Assembly: GCA_965649225.1 (NCBI GenBank)
Contig: CBFGJX010000011.1
Coordinates: 16,467 to 80,466 of the forward strand
DNA length: 64,000 nucleotides
Direction: 5' to 3'
From: a candidate division WOR-3 bacterium
Lineage (GTDB): Bacteria; Hydrothermota; Tepidihabitantia; Tepidihabitantales; Tepidihabitantaceae
The notes under the pieces were generated by a model, which was not told the DNA's origin, searched no databases, and saw nothing but the letters and a program-made list of their open reading frames with translations. The translations under genes were made by a program, and so were the position numbers. Below are positions 37,316 to 46,712 of this stretch, one piece after another. How positions within the stretch are numbered: the first letter of the stretch is position 1; every line of letters starts with the position of its first letter.

Positions 37316-38194
37316 GTGCCCAGCTTGATCCCCGCCGGCGTACTGCCCATTGCCAAACCCGCCGGCATAACCTCCTACGACTGCATCCGCCGAATCAAAA
37401 ACATCGCCAGACCCCGCCGCATCGGCCACGCCGGCACCCTCGACCCCATGGCCACCGGCCTCCTTCTCATCCTGCTCAACGAAGCCACCCGTACCAGCAG
37501 CCTGCTGATGCGGCAGCCGAAAACCTACACCGCTGAAATCCTCTTTGGCATTGCCACTGATACCGACGACGTCACCGGCAGCATAATCGGCCGCGGGCCG
37601 GTGCCCGCTGTCGACACCACCATACTCGACGCCGCACTGCAAACTTTCACTGGCACGACGAATCAGACCCCTCCCACCTACTCCGCCTGCAAACACCACG
37701 GCCGTCCGCTCCATCGCCTTGCCCGCCAGGGCATCGCGATAACCCCCAAACCCCGGCCGGTCACAATCTACCACATCACCCTGCTCGACTGGCAGCCGCC
37801 CCGGCTGCGGATAACCCTCACGGTTGGCGCCGGCACCTACGTCCGATCACTTGCCCGCGACCTCGGCCAGAAACTCGGCACCTGTGCGACCCTTGCCGAG
37901 CTCCAACGCACGGCCTCAGGAACAATCAGTCTCCAGCAAGCTCTTCCATTGCAAACCGCCGACCCCGCCGCCATCGCCGCTGCCATCATCCCCATCCCCC
38001 AGGCCCTGCACTTCCTTCCTCTGCTGACCATCACCCCCGCGCAGGCGCGCGACATCACGCTCGGCCGCAGCATCACCATCGAGCAGGCTCCGGATGGCCA
38101 ACTTCTCCTTCAAACCAACAGCAGCGGCTTTCTTGCCCTCGCCCAGGCTGCTGCCGGAGTTGTCAAACCCTGCCGCATGATCTGTTCGGCATAA
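37316..38194 (+). CDS. truB: tRNA pseudouridine(55) synthase
   Basis: KPAGITS, GHAGTLDPMATG, PPTYSA, GTYVRSLARDLG. Confidence 0.96.
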   Translation: MPSLIPAGVLPIAKPAGITSYDCIRRIKNIARPRRIGHAGTLDPMATGLLLILLNEATRTSSLLMRQPKTYTAEILFGIATDTDDVTGSIIGRGPVPAVDTTILDAALQTFTGTTNQTPPTYSACKHHGRPLHRLARQGIAITPKPRPVTIYHITLLDWQPPRLRITLTVGAGTYVRSLARDLGQKLGTCATLAELQRTASGTISLQQALPLQTADPAAIAAAIIPIPQALHFLPLLTITPAQARDITLGRSITIEQAPDGQLLLQTNSSGFLALAQAAAGVVKPCRMICSA

Positions 38195-39132
38195 TGAAGA
38201 GCGCCGACCGCGCACCGACAGCCCAGCGCACCGTAGTCGCGCTTGGCAGCTTCGACGGCGTCCACCTCGGCCATCAAGCCATCATCCGGCAGACCATTAG
38301 CCTCGCCCGCTCCCTCAACGCCATACCGGCCGCAACCACCAGCGATCCCCTGCCGGCACAACTGCTGAACCCTGACTTCACCTGTGTCCTCACTCCACTC
38401 CGCCAGCGCATCCGCATTCTCACCGAACTTGGCATCGAACTGATACAGGTACTGCCCTTCACTACTGCCCTTGCCCGGCTGAGCCCACCGGCCTACCTCC
38501 GGCGCTACATCATTTCCCCCCTTAATCCCGCCGCAGTTGTCATCGGCCACGATCACCGCTTTGGCCACCGTCAGCAGGGCGACGCCACCCTGCTGGCCCG
38601 CCTCCTGGCCCGGGCTGACATTGCACTGAATGTTGTACCCGAGTTTGTACTTGAGGGAGTGCCGGTAAGAGCAACGTCGATCCGCGAGAGTCTTTTGCTC
38701 GGTGCAGTGGCACAGGCAGCCCGGTTGCTGGGTCGCTGGTATCGGATTGAGGGCCCGGTTGTTCCCGGCACCGGCACCGGTCGCCGGTTGGGGTTTCCAA
38801 CCCTGAACTGCCGGCCGCTGGAGCGGGAAACACTGGTGCCGGCGGATGGAGTATACGCCTGTCGGTGCGATGTTACCGGAGGCTTGAGTTTGCCGGCAGT
38901 GGTAAATATCGGCCACCGACCGACTTTTGGCGGCGAGTGCCGAACGATTGAGGCACACCTGTTTGATTGTGAGATACCAGACAGAATCGACTGGCTGACT
39001 CTGAGTTTCGTGGAGCGTATCCGCAGTGAACGCCGGTTCGATTCGCCCGCAGCACTGGCAGCGCAGATTGTTGCCGATATTGCCGTTGCCCGGCGGGTGC
39101 TTGAACGGACACCGGAGTTTCTTGGCGTTTGA
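38194..39132 (+). CDS. ribF: Bifunctional FAD synthetase/riboflavin kinase
   Basis: GSFDGVHLGHQ, GHDHRFG, GRRLGFPTLN, GVYA, NIGHRPTF, EAHL. Confidence 0.96.
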   Translation: MKSADRAPTAQRTVVALGSFDGVHLGHQAIIRQTISLARSLNAIPAATTSDPLPAQLLNPDFTCVLTPLRQRIRILTELGIELIQVLPFTTALARLSPPAYLRRYIISPLNPAAVVIGHDHRFGHRQQGDATLLARLLARADIALNVVPEFVLEGVPVRATSIRESLLLGAVAQAARLLGRWYRIEGPVVPGTGTGRRLGFPTLNCRPLERETLVPADGVYACRCDVTGGLSLPAVVNIGHRPTFGGECRTIEAHLFDCEIPDRIDWLTLSFVERIRSERRFDSPAALAAQIVADIAVARRVLERTPEFLGV

Positions 39133-39213
39133 CAGGGAGAGGAGTGGGGGTTATGCTTGCGCCGCTGGCGGCGGCAGGGGGGCTGCTGTCTGCCGATTTG
39201 GAGGTTTCATTCG

Positions 39214-40617
39214 ATGATTAGTGGTTTTGCGATTGTATTTGTGTTCATTTTGAGCGCGGTGCCCGCCCCGGATTCTGTGGCGGCGCCGATGCTTTGCGAT
39301 ACCCTGCGCGAGGTGGAGATTTTGATTTTTCCGCCCGCCGGCGCCCGGCTGCCACTGTGGTACGAAGTGGACTGGGGAGACGGAGAAATGTCGGGCTGGT
39401 CGGGGCCACTGCGGACGCCAGTTGATGTCTCGCGGTTTCACCGCTATCGACAGGAGGGGAGTTTCGATATCCGGGTGCGCGCCCGTGATTCACTGGGCGG
39501 AACCTCACCTTGGTCGCGACCGGTAACGGTGCGGGTAGGCCCAGGAGTGCTCAAGTGGTCTTTTGCAACGCTGGATCCGGTAGTGGGTTCGCCCTCGCTG
39601 GACCGGGACGGAAACGTTTACTTCGGCGATGAGGGAGGTCGGGTGTATTGTCTGAGCCCGACCGGCTCGCTGTTGTGGGATTTCGAGGCGAAGGATGCTG
39701 TGTACGGGTCAGTGGTGGTAGATGGTGAGAAGGTATATGCCGCGTCGGTTGATTCTTTTCTTTACTGTCTGAACCGGCAGGGACAGCTGGTGTGGCGGCT
39801 TTTTCTGGGTGATGAGTTCTACTGCCCACCAGCGCTGCTGGCCGATGGCGGGCTGGTTCTGACTTCGGATGCCGGCAAGGTCTTTTGTGTTGATCCGGCC
39901 GGCCGACTGCGCTGGTCTTTTCGGGCCGGTGACGAGATCAGTAGTCCAGCGACCGTGTCTGGAGACGGCCGGGTGTTTTTTGCCGCCGATTCGGTGTATT
40001 GTCTGGACCAACGGGGACGGCGGGTATGGGCTTTTGGAACCGGCGAGGGCGATTACTTTTTTGCCGCGCCGGTGCCGGACAGTGTCGGGAATCTAATCTG
40101 CGGCTGCACCGACGGTTTTCTCTATTGCTTGGGTCCGGATGGCCGCCAGCGCTGGCGGGTGAGTGCGCCGGATGGCGATGAAATCCGCTCCGAGGCGGTT
40201 TTCGGACCGGACGGCTCAATCTATTTTGGCACTGATGGTTATTATCTGTGCCGGCTGGTACCGGGGCGGACGCCCGAGATTCTGTACGAGGCAGGGGATA
40301 TTGTAGTCGCGCCGCCGGCGCTTTCGGATTCTGGGACGGCTTACTTTCTGCCGGATGACGGCGTAGTCTATGCCCAGTCGCGTTCGGGCCGACTGGTGTG
40401 GACTTATGAGGTCGCCGAGGGGTCGAAGGACCTTTTTTACACCTCGGCGCCGGCGATTGGTCCCGACGGAACGGTTTATGTCGGTTCATGGGATGGCGGA
40501 CTGTTTGCTTTTAGGGGTGATGCACCACCGGCACGATCGCACTGGCCACAGTACCGCCGTGACAGTGCCCACACCGGCCGGGTGAGTTTGCCCGGCCGTC
40601 GGCGCGGGAGACGATGA
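39214..40617 (+). CDS. Secreted PKD-like + PQQ-like beta-propeller protein
   Basis: SD GGAGG; YEVDWGDG...HRY..EG.F.IRVRARD; propeller repeats; C-terminal WPQYRRDSAHTG. Confidence 0.8.
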   Translation: MISGFAIVFVFILSAVPAPDSVAAPMLCDTLREVEILIFPPAGARLPLWYEVDWGDGEMSGWSGPLRTPVDVSRFHRYRQEGSFDIRVRARDSLGGTSPWSRPVTVRVGPGVLKWSFATLDPVVGSPSLDRDGNVYFGDEGGRVYCLSPTGSLLWDFEAKDAVYGSVVVDGEKVYAASVDSFLYCLNRQGQLVWRLFLGDEFYCPPALLADGGLVLTSDAGKVFCVDPAGRLRWSFRAGDEISSPATVSGDGRVFFAADSVYCLDQRGRRVWAFGTGEGDYFFAAPVPDSVGNLICGCTDGFLYCLGPDGRQRWRVSAPDGDEIRSEAVFGPDGSIYFGTDGYYLCRLVPGRTPEILYEAGDIVVAPPALSDSGTAYFLPDDGVVYAQSRSGRLVWTYEVAEGSKDLFYTSAPAIGPDGTVYVGSWDGGLFAFRGDAPPARSHWPQYRRDSAHTGRVSLPGRRRGRR

Positions 40618-41297
40618 TGCTGGAAGTGTTTATTGCCCCGAAACAGTTTTTCGGCCGACTGCGTGAGCGGCCGGTTTGGCTGCTGCCGGTTTTGCTTGTG
40701 CTGGTGACAAATCTCGCAGCAGTGGCGGTTTCGACCGTTTTTGTCGACTGGACAGCACAGCGGGAGCGGGCAGTCGCCGCAATGCAGGAACGGGGGATGA
40801 CGCCGGAGCAGATTGAAGCAGCGCTGGAGCGGATGGACCGGTTTGTGAATTCGCCACTGGCACGCTGGGGTCTGCCACTGGCCGGGGCGCTGGTATCTGG
40901 TCTGGCCGGAGTGCTGGTACTTGCACTGGTGTATAATCTGGCCCTGCCGCTTCTGGGCGGGAGTTCCAATTACCGGTTGACGTTTGCAGTGACAGTGTGG
41001 TCGGGGCTCCCACTGGTGCTGGGAGCACTGGTCCGAATCGTACTGGTGCTACTGCGGCGGTCGGCTGAGGTTTCAACAAGTCTGCTGGCGCTGGTGCCAG
41101 GACTGAAAACAGGATTCTGGGCAGCCTTGTTGGGCCAGGCTGATCTATTTGCGTTCTGGCAGCTCGGGCTGTGCGCCATAGGGCTGAAGACGGTTTTCGG
41201 GCTACGTGGGGCACGGGCCTGGCTGCTGGTGTTTGGCGTCTGGCTGGCACTGGCAGTAGTGTTTGCGCTGCTGGGCGCTGGCGCGGGGCAACATTGA
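40614..41297 (+). CDS. Yip1-family membrane protein
   Basis: FIAPKQFFGRLRERP.W, multiple TM helices, DLFAFW; upstream of MacAB-type genes. Confidence 0.8.
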   Translation: MMLEVFIAPKQFFGRLRERPVWLLPVLLVLVTNLAAVAVSTVFVDWTAQRERAVAAMQERGMTPEQIEAALERMDRFVNSPLARWGLPLAGALVSGLAGVLVLALVYNLALPLLGGSSNYRLTFAVTVWSGLPLVLGALVRIVLVLLRRSAEVSTSLLALVPGLKTGFWAALLGQADLFAFWQLGLCAIGLKTVFGLRGARAWLLVFGVWLALAVVFALLGAGAGQH

Positions 41298-41328
41298 TGC
41301 CGGACAACAGCCGGCCGGGTTTGGCACA

Positions 41329-42432
41329 ATGGTAAGCCACCGGTTGCGAAGTATCGGACTGGTCACCGTCGGTCTGATCTTGCTGGCGCTGCTGGTCGTG
41401 GCTAATCTGCGCCGGCCCGGCGATGGCGAGCCGGTGGAAACAGTCGTTGCCGGTTTTGGTTCGATTGTATCGGTGGTATCAGCAACCGGGGTGCTGCGCG
41501 CCGCCGATCAGGTAAGTCTGCAGGCACAGGTTATCGGCGTGGTGAAACGGCTGGCAGTGCAGGAAGGCGACTTTGTCCGACCGGGAGATGTGCTGCTTGA
41601 GCTGGACCGGCAGGGTTATGAGGCTAATCTGGCCATGGCCCGCGCCCGCTACACCCAGCTTGCCGCCGCCCACGCCCGGATTGAAAGCCTGGCCGCGGCG
41701 GGACTGGCCGCGCCCGAGGCACGGGAGGCGTCGCAGGCGGCCTTGGAGTCAGCCCGGGCCCAGTTTCTCCAGGCCGAAGATCAGTACCAGAAGGCGGTGA
41801 TACGTTCGCCAATCGCCGGGACCGTTGTGAAGGTGGCAATCAAGGCCGGGGAGACGGTGCTGGTTGGTACGATGAACAATCCTGGCTCGGTGCTGATGGT
41901 GATTGCCGATCTCTCCCGAATGGAGGCAATTGTCGGTGCCGATGAGGCGGATGTGGTTAACGTCGCTGTTGGCCAGCCGGCAAGGGTGGAAGCGGATGCA
42001 CTGCCCATGCAATCGATCCCCGGCCACGTTGTTCGCGTCGGGTGGATGCCGGCACAGGATCTCTTGTCGACGACTGGCGCAGTCGAGGGGACGGTATTTG
42101 AGGTAGCGGTGGCGCTGGATTCGGCGGTCGAACAACTGCGGCCGGGAATGAGCGTCCGGGCCGAGATCACCACCGCCAGTCTCGACAGTGTGCTGGTGCT
42201 GCCGGCCGGGGCAGTCGGTCGCCGTCAGCTGGAGGGCAGGGAACAGTCAACCGTGTTTGTCGTCAGCGGTGGCCGGACGTTGCTGCGGGCAGTGACGACT
42301 GGCAGTTCGTCTGATGACAGCGTCGAAATCCGCTCTGGCCTGCGGCCGGGTGAAACTGTTGTCAGCGGACCCTACAAGACGCTGGCTCGGCTGCGCGACG
42401 GTCGCCGTGTCCGGCCGCAACCGGTACAGTAA
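41329..42432 (+). CDS. Efflux periplasmic adaptor subunit (MacA-like)
   Basis: V.ATG, LAVQEGDFV..GDVL, IRSPIAGTV, DEADV, LRPGMS, GLRPGE.VV.G. Confidence 0.92.
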   Translation: MVSHRLRSIGLVTVGLILLALLVVANLRRPGDGEPVETVVAGFGSIVSVVSATGVLRAADQVSLQAQVIGVVKRLAVQEGDFVRPGDVLLELDRQGYEANLAMARARYTQLAAAHARIESLAAAGLAAPEAREASQAALESARAQFLQAEDQYQKAVIRSPIAGTVVKVAIKAGETVLVGTMNNPGSVLMVIADLSRMEAIVGADEADVVNVAVGQPARVEADALPMQSIPGHVVRVGWMPAQDLLSTTGAVEGTVFEVAVALDSAVEQLRPGMSVRAEITTASLDSVLVLPAGAVGRRQLEGREQSTVFVVSGGRTLLRAVTTGSSSDDSVEIRSGLRPGETVVSGPYKTLARLRDGRRVRPQPVQ

Positions 42433-42435
42433 CCG

Positions 42436-43131
42436 GTGACGACGATTCCGGGCCAGAGCGATCCGCCGCTGATCCGAACCGAAGGCTTGAGCAAGGTCTA
42501 TCGCACCGGCGCTGTGGCATTCACAGCACTGACTGATGTCAATATTACTATCGCCGCTGGCGATTACATTGCCTTGACCGGACCGTCGGGTTCGGGCAAG
42601 TCAACGCTGATGCATCTGCTGGGCTGCTTGGATACACCATCGCAGGGCCGCGTGATTTTCCAGGGTCGCGATACCGGAACGCTCGACGACACCGCACTGG
42701 CGGCGTTACGCAACCGGTCAATCGGCTTCGTTTTTCAGAATTTCAACCTGCTGCCCCGTTTGTCGGCACAGGCGAACGTTGAGCTGCCCATGATCTATGC
42801 CGGCGTCAGCCGCAGCGAGCGTGCCCGCCGGGCCGCCGAACTTCTGGCGATGGTTGGACTGGAAAACCGGCGCAACAACCGCCCCGGCGAACTGTCCGGT
42901 GGCGAAATGCAGCGGGTAGCAATCGCCCGGGCACTGGCGAACCGCCCAGCGCTGATCCTGGCCGACGAGCCAACCGGTAATCTGGATTCCCGCACCGGTG
43001 CCGGGGTAATGAAACTTTTTGATGAGCTGGCCGCCGCCGGCAATACGATCGTACTGGTAACCCACGATGCCGCCGTCGCCGGCCATGCTGGCCGGCAGAT
43101 TCGCATCTGTGACGGCCGGATATGCAGTTAG
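42436..43131 (+). CDS. ABC transporter ATP-binding protein (MacB/LolD-like)
   Basis: GPSGSGKST, FVFQNFNL, LSGGEMQR, DEPTGNLD, VTHD. Confidence 0.95.
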   Translation: MTTIPGQSDPPLIRTEGLSKVYRTGAVAFTALTDVNITIAAGDYIALTGPSGSGKSTLMHLLGCLDTPSQGRVIFQGRDTGTLDDTALAALRNRSIGFVFQNFNLLPRLSAQANVELPMIYAGVSRSERARRAAELLAMVGLENRRNNRPGELSGGEMQRVAIARALANRPALILADEPTGNLDSRTGAGVMKLFDELAAAGNTIVLVTHDAAVAGHAGRQIRICDGRICS

Positions 43132-43134
43132 CCG

Positions 43135-44373
43135 ATGCGGTTTGTTGATCTGCTGCGCCTTTCGCTGGAGACTTTTCGCACCCACCGGCTGCGGTCGTTT
43201 CTGACCGCACTGGGAATCATCATCGGGGTGATGACGGTAATCGCGATCGTCTCGCTTATTCAGGGGATGAACTATGAGGTGGAGCGGCAGATTGCCTCAC
43301 TGGGATCGAATACGATTTTTGTCCAGCGGGTGGCCTGGGGTATGGGCCGGATTGACTGGGATGAAATCAACCGTCGCCCCCGGCTGACCAGCGCCGACGC
43401 GCTGGCGATCGCCCGACTGCACGGCGTGGCCGCAGCGGCACCGGTGCGCTCGCGACTGGTGAACCGGATTGTGTACCGCGGACGCCGGGTGACCAATATT
43501 GAGCTGCTGGGAGTGATGCCGGCGCAGGCGGCAATCAGCAACTACCAAGTGGCTGCCGGCCGGTTCATCGGCGCCGATGACAGTTTGCGCCGACGAGCAG
43601 TGTGTGTGATTGGTGCCCACCTTGCTGACAATCTCTTCCCCGACACCGACCCACTCGGGGCCCGGCTGCCGATCGATGGCGTCAGCTTCACCGTCGTCGG
43701 CATTCTCGCCCCGAAGGGAAGTTTTTTCGGCCAGAGCCAGGATGCGCTGGTACTCATTCCGCTGCCGGCGTTTGAAAAATACTATCAGCCGGCGGGCGGA
43801 TTTATGGGCTTTTCCGGCGAGCTGTCGATTCAGGTGCTGCCCGAACGGGGCACACTGACCGCCCGGGTGGTTGATGCCGTCCGCGAGCTTCTGCGTCGCC
43901 GGCGTGGACTGGGCTACGATGCGCCCGACGACTTCGCCATCAACACTCAGGATACGCTGCGCGAACTGTACCGCAATATCACCCGGGTGGCCTACATCGT
44001 AATGGTGGCAGTGGCGGCGATTTCGCTGCTGGTCGGTGGGATTGGCATCATGAATATCATGCTGGTGGCGGTGGCAGAACGGACGCGCGAAATCGGGCTG
44101 CGCAAGGCACTGGGCGCTACCAGCGCAATGGTGCTGTGGCAGTTTCTGCTCGAGGCCGTGCTGTTGGCGCTCGCCGGTGGTGGCATCGGCATCGCCATCG
44201 GACTCGGCATCGCCAAGGCAGTCGAGCTGCTGGCACATCTCCGGGCCGCGGCACCGCTATGGGTAATCCTGCTCGGTTTCTTCTTTTCCGCCGGGGTGGG
44301 GATATTTTTCGGCATCTTTCCCGCCTCGCGCGCGGCAAAGCTGTCGCCGATCGATGCGCTGCGCTACGAGTAG
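43135..44373 (+). CDS. ABC transporter permease (MacB/FtsX-like)
   Basis: RSFLTALGIIIGV, VGGIGIMNIM, ERTREIGLRKALGA, PIDALRYE. Confidence 0.95.
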   Translation: MRFVDLLRLSLETFRTHRLRSFLTALGIIIGVMTVIAIVSLIQGMNYEVERQIASLGSNTIFVQRVAWGMGRIDWDEINRRPRLTSADALAIARLHGVAAAAPVRSRLVNRIVYRGRRVTNIELLGVMPAQAAISNYQVAAGRFIGADDSLRRRAVCVIGAHLADNLFPDTDPLGARLPIDGVSFTVVGILAPKGSFFGQSQDALVLIPLPAFEKYYQPAGGFMGFSGELSIQVLPERGTLTARVVDAVRELLRRRRGLGYDAPDDFAINTQDTLRELYRNITRVAYIVMVAVAAISLLVGGIGIMNIMLVAVAERTREIGLRKALGATSAMVLWQFLLEAVLLALAGGGIGIAIGLGIAKAVELLAHLRAAAPLWVILLGFFFSAGVGIFFGIFPASRAAKLSPIDALRYE

Positions 44374-44422
44374 CCGTATCCCCACCGGCTTGACAGCCGA
44401 AGTCGCACTGGTATAATTACTT

Positions 44423-44644
44423 ATGCCTATCAGGGAATACCGATGCGGCCGGTGCCGCCACGAATTTGAAGAACTTGTTCTGTCGACCCGCGACGAGCGG
44501 GCGCAAAAGTGCCCCAAGTGCGGCAGCCGTCGGTTGATCAACCGTTTCTCCGTGTTTGGCGTCGCCGGCGCCGAAAAGAAAGTAACCGGTTCGGCAAAGT
44601 CCTGCGGGACTTGCAGTTCGCGCAGCTGTTCCAGCTGCAGTTAG
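44423..44644 (+). CDS. FmdB-family zinc ribbon protein
   Basis: MPIREYRCGRC.HEFE...CPKCGS and C-terminal CGTC...CSSC; promoter TTGACA N16 TATAAT 5 nt before ATG. Confidence 0.9.
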   Translation: MPIREYRCGRCRHEFEELVLSTRDERAQKCPKCGSRRLINRFSVFGVAGAEKKVTGSAKSCGTCSSRSCSSCS

Positions 44645-44654
44645 GAGGGCAGCG

Positions 44655-44951
44655 ATGACCGTCACCAAAGCTGATCTTGTCGAAACGATTTCGCGCCAGA
44701 TGGCACCCAATATCACCAAACGCGATGTCGGCCGGATTGTCCAGATGTTTATCGACGAAATCTGTCGGACCCTGCAGGAAGGCAACCGGATCGAAATCAG
44801 AGGTTTCGGCGTGATGTCAACCAAGCTGCGCAAGCCGAAGGTGGCGCGCAACCCCAAGACCAAGGACCCGGTCAACATCCCGCCCCGGCGCGTGCCGGTT
44901 TTCAAAGCTTCCCGCCTGCTCAAGGCCAGTCTGATGAAGGGAGGAATGTAG
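44655..44951 (+). CDS. HU/IHF family DNA-binding protein
   Basis: TKADLVE, IEIRGFG, ARNPKT, VPVFKAS. Confidence 0.93.
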   Translation: MTVTKADLVETISRQMAPNITKRDVGRIVQMFIDEICRTLQEGNRIEIRGFGVMSTKLRKPKVARNPKTKDPVNIPPRRVPVFKASRLLKASLMKGGM

Positions 44952-44954
44952 CCA

Positions 44955-45050
44955 ATGCCGTGCGGCCGCAAACGCAAGCTCGCCAAAATCCGTCGCCACA
45001 AGTTCAAGAAACGCATCAAACTGCTTCGCCACAAAAAGAAGCTGCGCTAG
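44955..45050 (+). CDS. Small basic ribosomal peptide, bS22/mS38 (AURKAIP1/COX24)-like, 31 aa (not in ORF track)
   Basis: MPCGRKRKLAKIRRHKFKKRIKLLRHKKKLR; SD GGAGG at 44940-44944. Confidence 0.8.
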   Translation: MPCGRKRKLAKIRRHKFKKRIKLLRHKKKLR

Positions 45051-45141
45051 TCTGGCCGCGCCGGGCCACAGCCCGAACCGTCGGTTGACTGGTTGACTTG
45101 CCGGGTCGGGCGGTGTACGCTTGCCCCAAGCAGGAGGTCTT

Positions 45142-45594
45142 ATGTTGAAACAGTTTCGTGACTTCGCCCTGCGGGGCAACGTCGTTGACATGGCGGTCGG
45201 CATCATCATCGGTGCCGCTTTCAGCGCCATTGTCCGCTCGCTGGTTGACGACATCATCATGCCGCCGGTCGGACTGCTTTTGGGCCGGGTCGATTTTGCC
45301 AACCTGTTTCTGGTGCTGCGGCCCGGCAGTGGCGATCCCGGCCCTTACCAGTCGCTGGCCGCCGCCAAGGCCGCCGGCGCCGTAACCCTCAACTACGGCG
45401 TTTTCACCAACAGTCTGCTCAGCTTTCTGATTGTCGCGCTGGCGCTGTTTTTTGTCATCCGGGCAGTGAACAGTGCCCGAAAGCCGGCGCCGGCACCGGC
45501 AGCACCGGCGACAAAAGAATGTCCATTTTGCTTCAGTGCGATTCCACTGAAGGCGACGCGCTGCCCAGCCTGCACGTCCCAGCTCGGCGGCTAG
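45142..45594 (+). CDS. mscL: Large-conductance mechanosensitive channel with C-terminal zinc ribbon
   Basis: [27 protein letters not shown]; tail CPFC...CPAC. Confidence 0.95.
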   Translation: MLKQFRDFALRGNVVDMAVGIIIGAAFSAIVRSLVDDIIMPPVGLLLGRVDFANLFLVLRPGSGDPGPYQSLAAAKAAGAVTLNYGVFTNSLLSFLIVALALFFVIRAVNSARKPAPAPAAPATKECPFCFSAIPLKATRCPACTSQLGG

Positions 45595-46321
45595 GCCCGC
45601 GGCGATAGTACACCCGCTCCAGTACCAGCCCGGCGGCCGGAGCGGTCTGAAACGGCCGGTGTCGGTGGCCGGCCAAGGCATTCGTGATATCGTCAGTGCT
45701 GAGCCGACCGGTCCCGACAGCCACCAGCGCGCCGACAATCCGCCGAACCATCTTGAACAGAAACCGGTCTGCCTCAATTGTGAAGACGATCACCCGGCCC
45801 CGCGCCGCCAACGCCAGCCGCCTTACCCGGCACACCCCGCTGGTGTCGGCGGTGTGGCAGAAGAGCTGAAAATCCCGCTCACCCACAAACAACACCAGTC
45901 CGGCACGGCAGCGGGCCACATCGATCGGCAGTCGGACCTCCCAAGCCCGGTCACGCCAGAGCGGTGCGATGCCGCGGACAACCGTGTAGCGATACTGCTT
46001 GGCAACAGCATCAAACCGGGCGTGAAAGCCAGCCGGTACTTCAACCAGCTCTTGAATTGTCACCGCCGGTGGCAGGTGATAGTTCAACGCCAGCCGCAGC
46101 CGTTCGCTGGGCAAAGTTGTCCGGGTGTGAAAATTGGCGACAAACCGCCGGGCTGACACGCCAGCGTCGGTGCGCGAACAACCACACACCCGCACCCGTT
46201 CACCGGTCACCCGTTCAATTGCGGCTTCCACCGCTCCCTGCACCGTCGGCCGGTTGGGCTGAAACTGCCAGCCGGCAAAGCCGCTGCCGTCAAACTCGAT
46301 TGTCAGTCGGAGATTGCGCAC
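45533..46321 (-). CDS. truA: tRNA pseudouridine(38-40) synthase
   Basis: [38 protein letters not shown]. Confidence 0.95.
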   Translation of the reverse strand: MRNLRLTIEFDGSGFAGWQFQPNRPTVQGAVEAAIERVTGERVRVCGCSRTDAGVSARRFVANFHTRTTLPSERLRLALNYHLPPAVTIQELVEVPAGFHARFDAVAKQYRYTVVRGIAPLWRDRAWEVRLPIDVARCRAGLVLFVGERDFQLFCHTADTSGVCRVRRLALAARGRVIVFTIEADRFLFKMVRRIVGALVAVGTGRLSTDDITNALAGHRHRPFQTAPAAGLVLERVYYRRGPSRRAGTCRLGSASPSVESH

Positions 46322-46340
46322 CGCCGGGCCGCGTCCGGCC

Positions 46341-46712
46341 TCACTGGCGGCCGCTGCGCCCGGCAAGACACTTCATGCACAACCGGGCTTGGGGCACTAC
46401 CTCAAGCCGGGCCCGAGCAATCGGCCGGCCGCACGACTCGCAGATGCCGTAGCTGCCGTTGGCAATCCGCTTCAGCGCTTCGTCAATTTCCCGCAACGCT
46501 TTCGCCTCGACCGACTTCAGCATGTAGGCCCGCTCGCGTTCGTAGTTTTCAGTGCCCTGATCGGCGATGTGAGTGCGGTGGCCGGAAAGATCACCCGTCG
46601 CGTCGGGTCCGCTCTCCTTGCCGATTTCCGCAGTAATACTGGCCTGTCGCAGCAGCCGCTTTTTTTCCTCGAGCAACGCCTTCTCAAATCGCCGCAGGTC
46701 GCTTTTGTTCAA
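46341..46712 (-). CDS. TraR/DksA C4-type zinc finger protein
   Basis: HIADQGT, ALKRI..GSYGICESCG..I...RL...P.ARLCMKC. Confidence 0.92.
   Translation of the reverse strand: MNKSDLRRFEKALLEEKKRLLRQASITAEIGKESGPDATGDLSGHRTHIADQGTENYERERAYMLKSVEAKALREIDEALKRIANGSYGICESCGRPIARARLEVVPQARLCMKCLAGRSGRQ

Noticed and set aside
38612..38640. dif-like site at the skew switch (ACATT-N6-AATGT)
   Set aside because: Only a 5-bp inverted repeat; lacks the TAA/TTA XerC/XerD core
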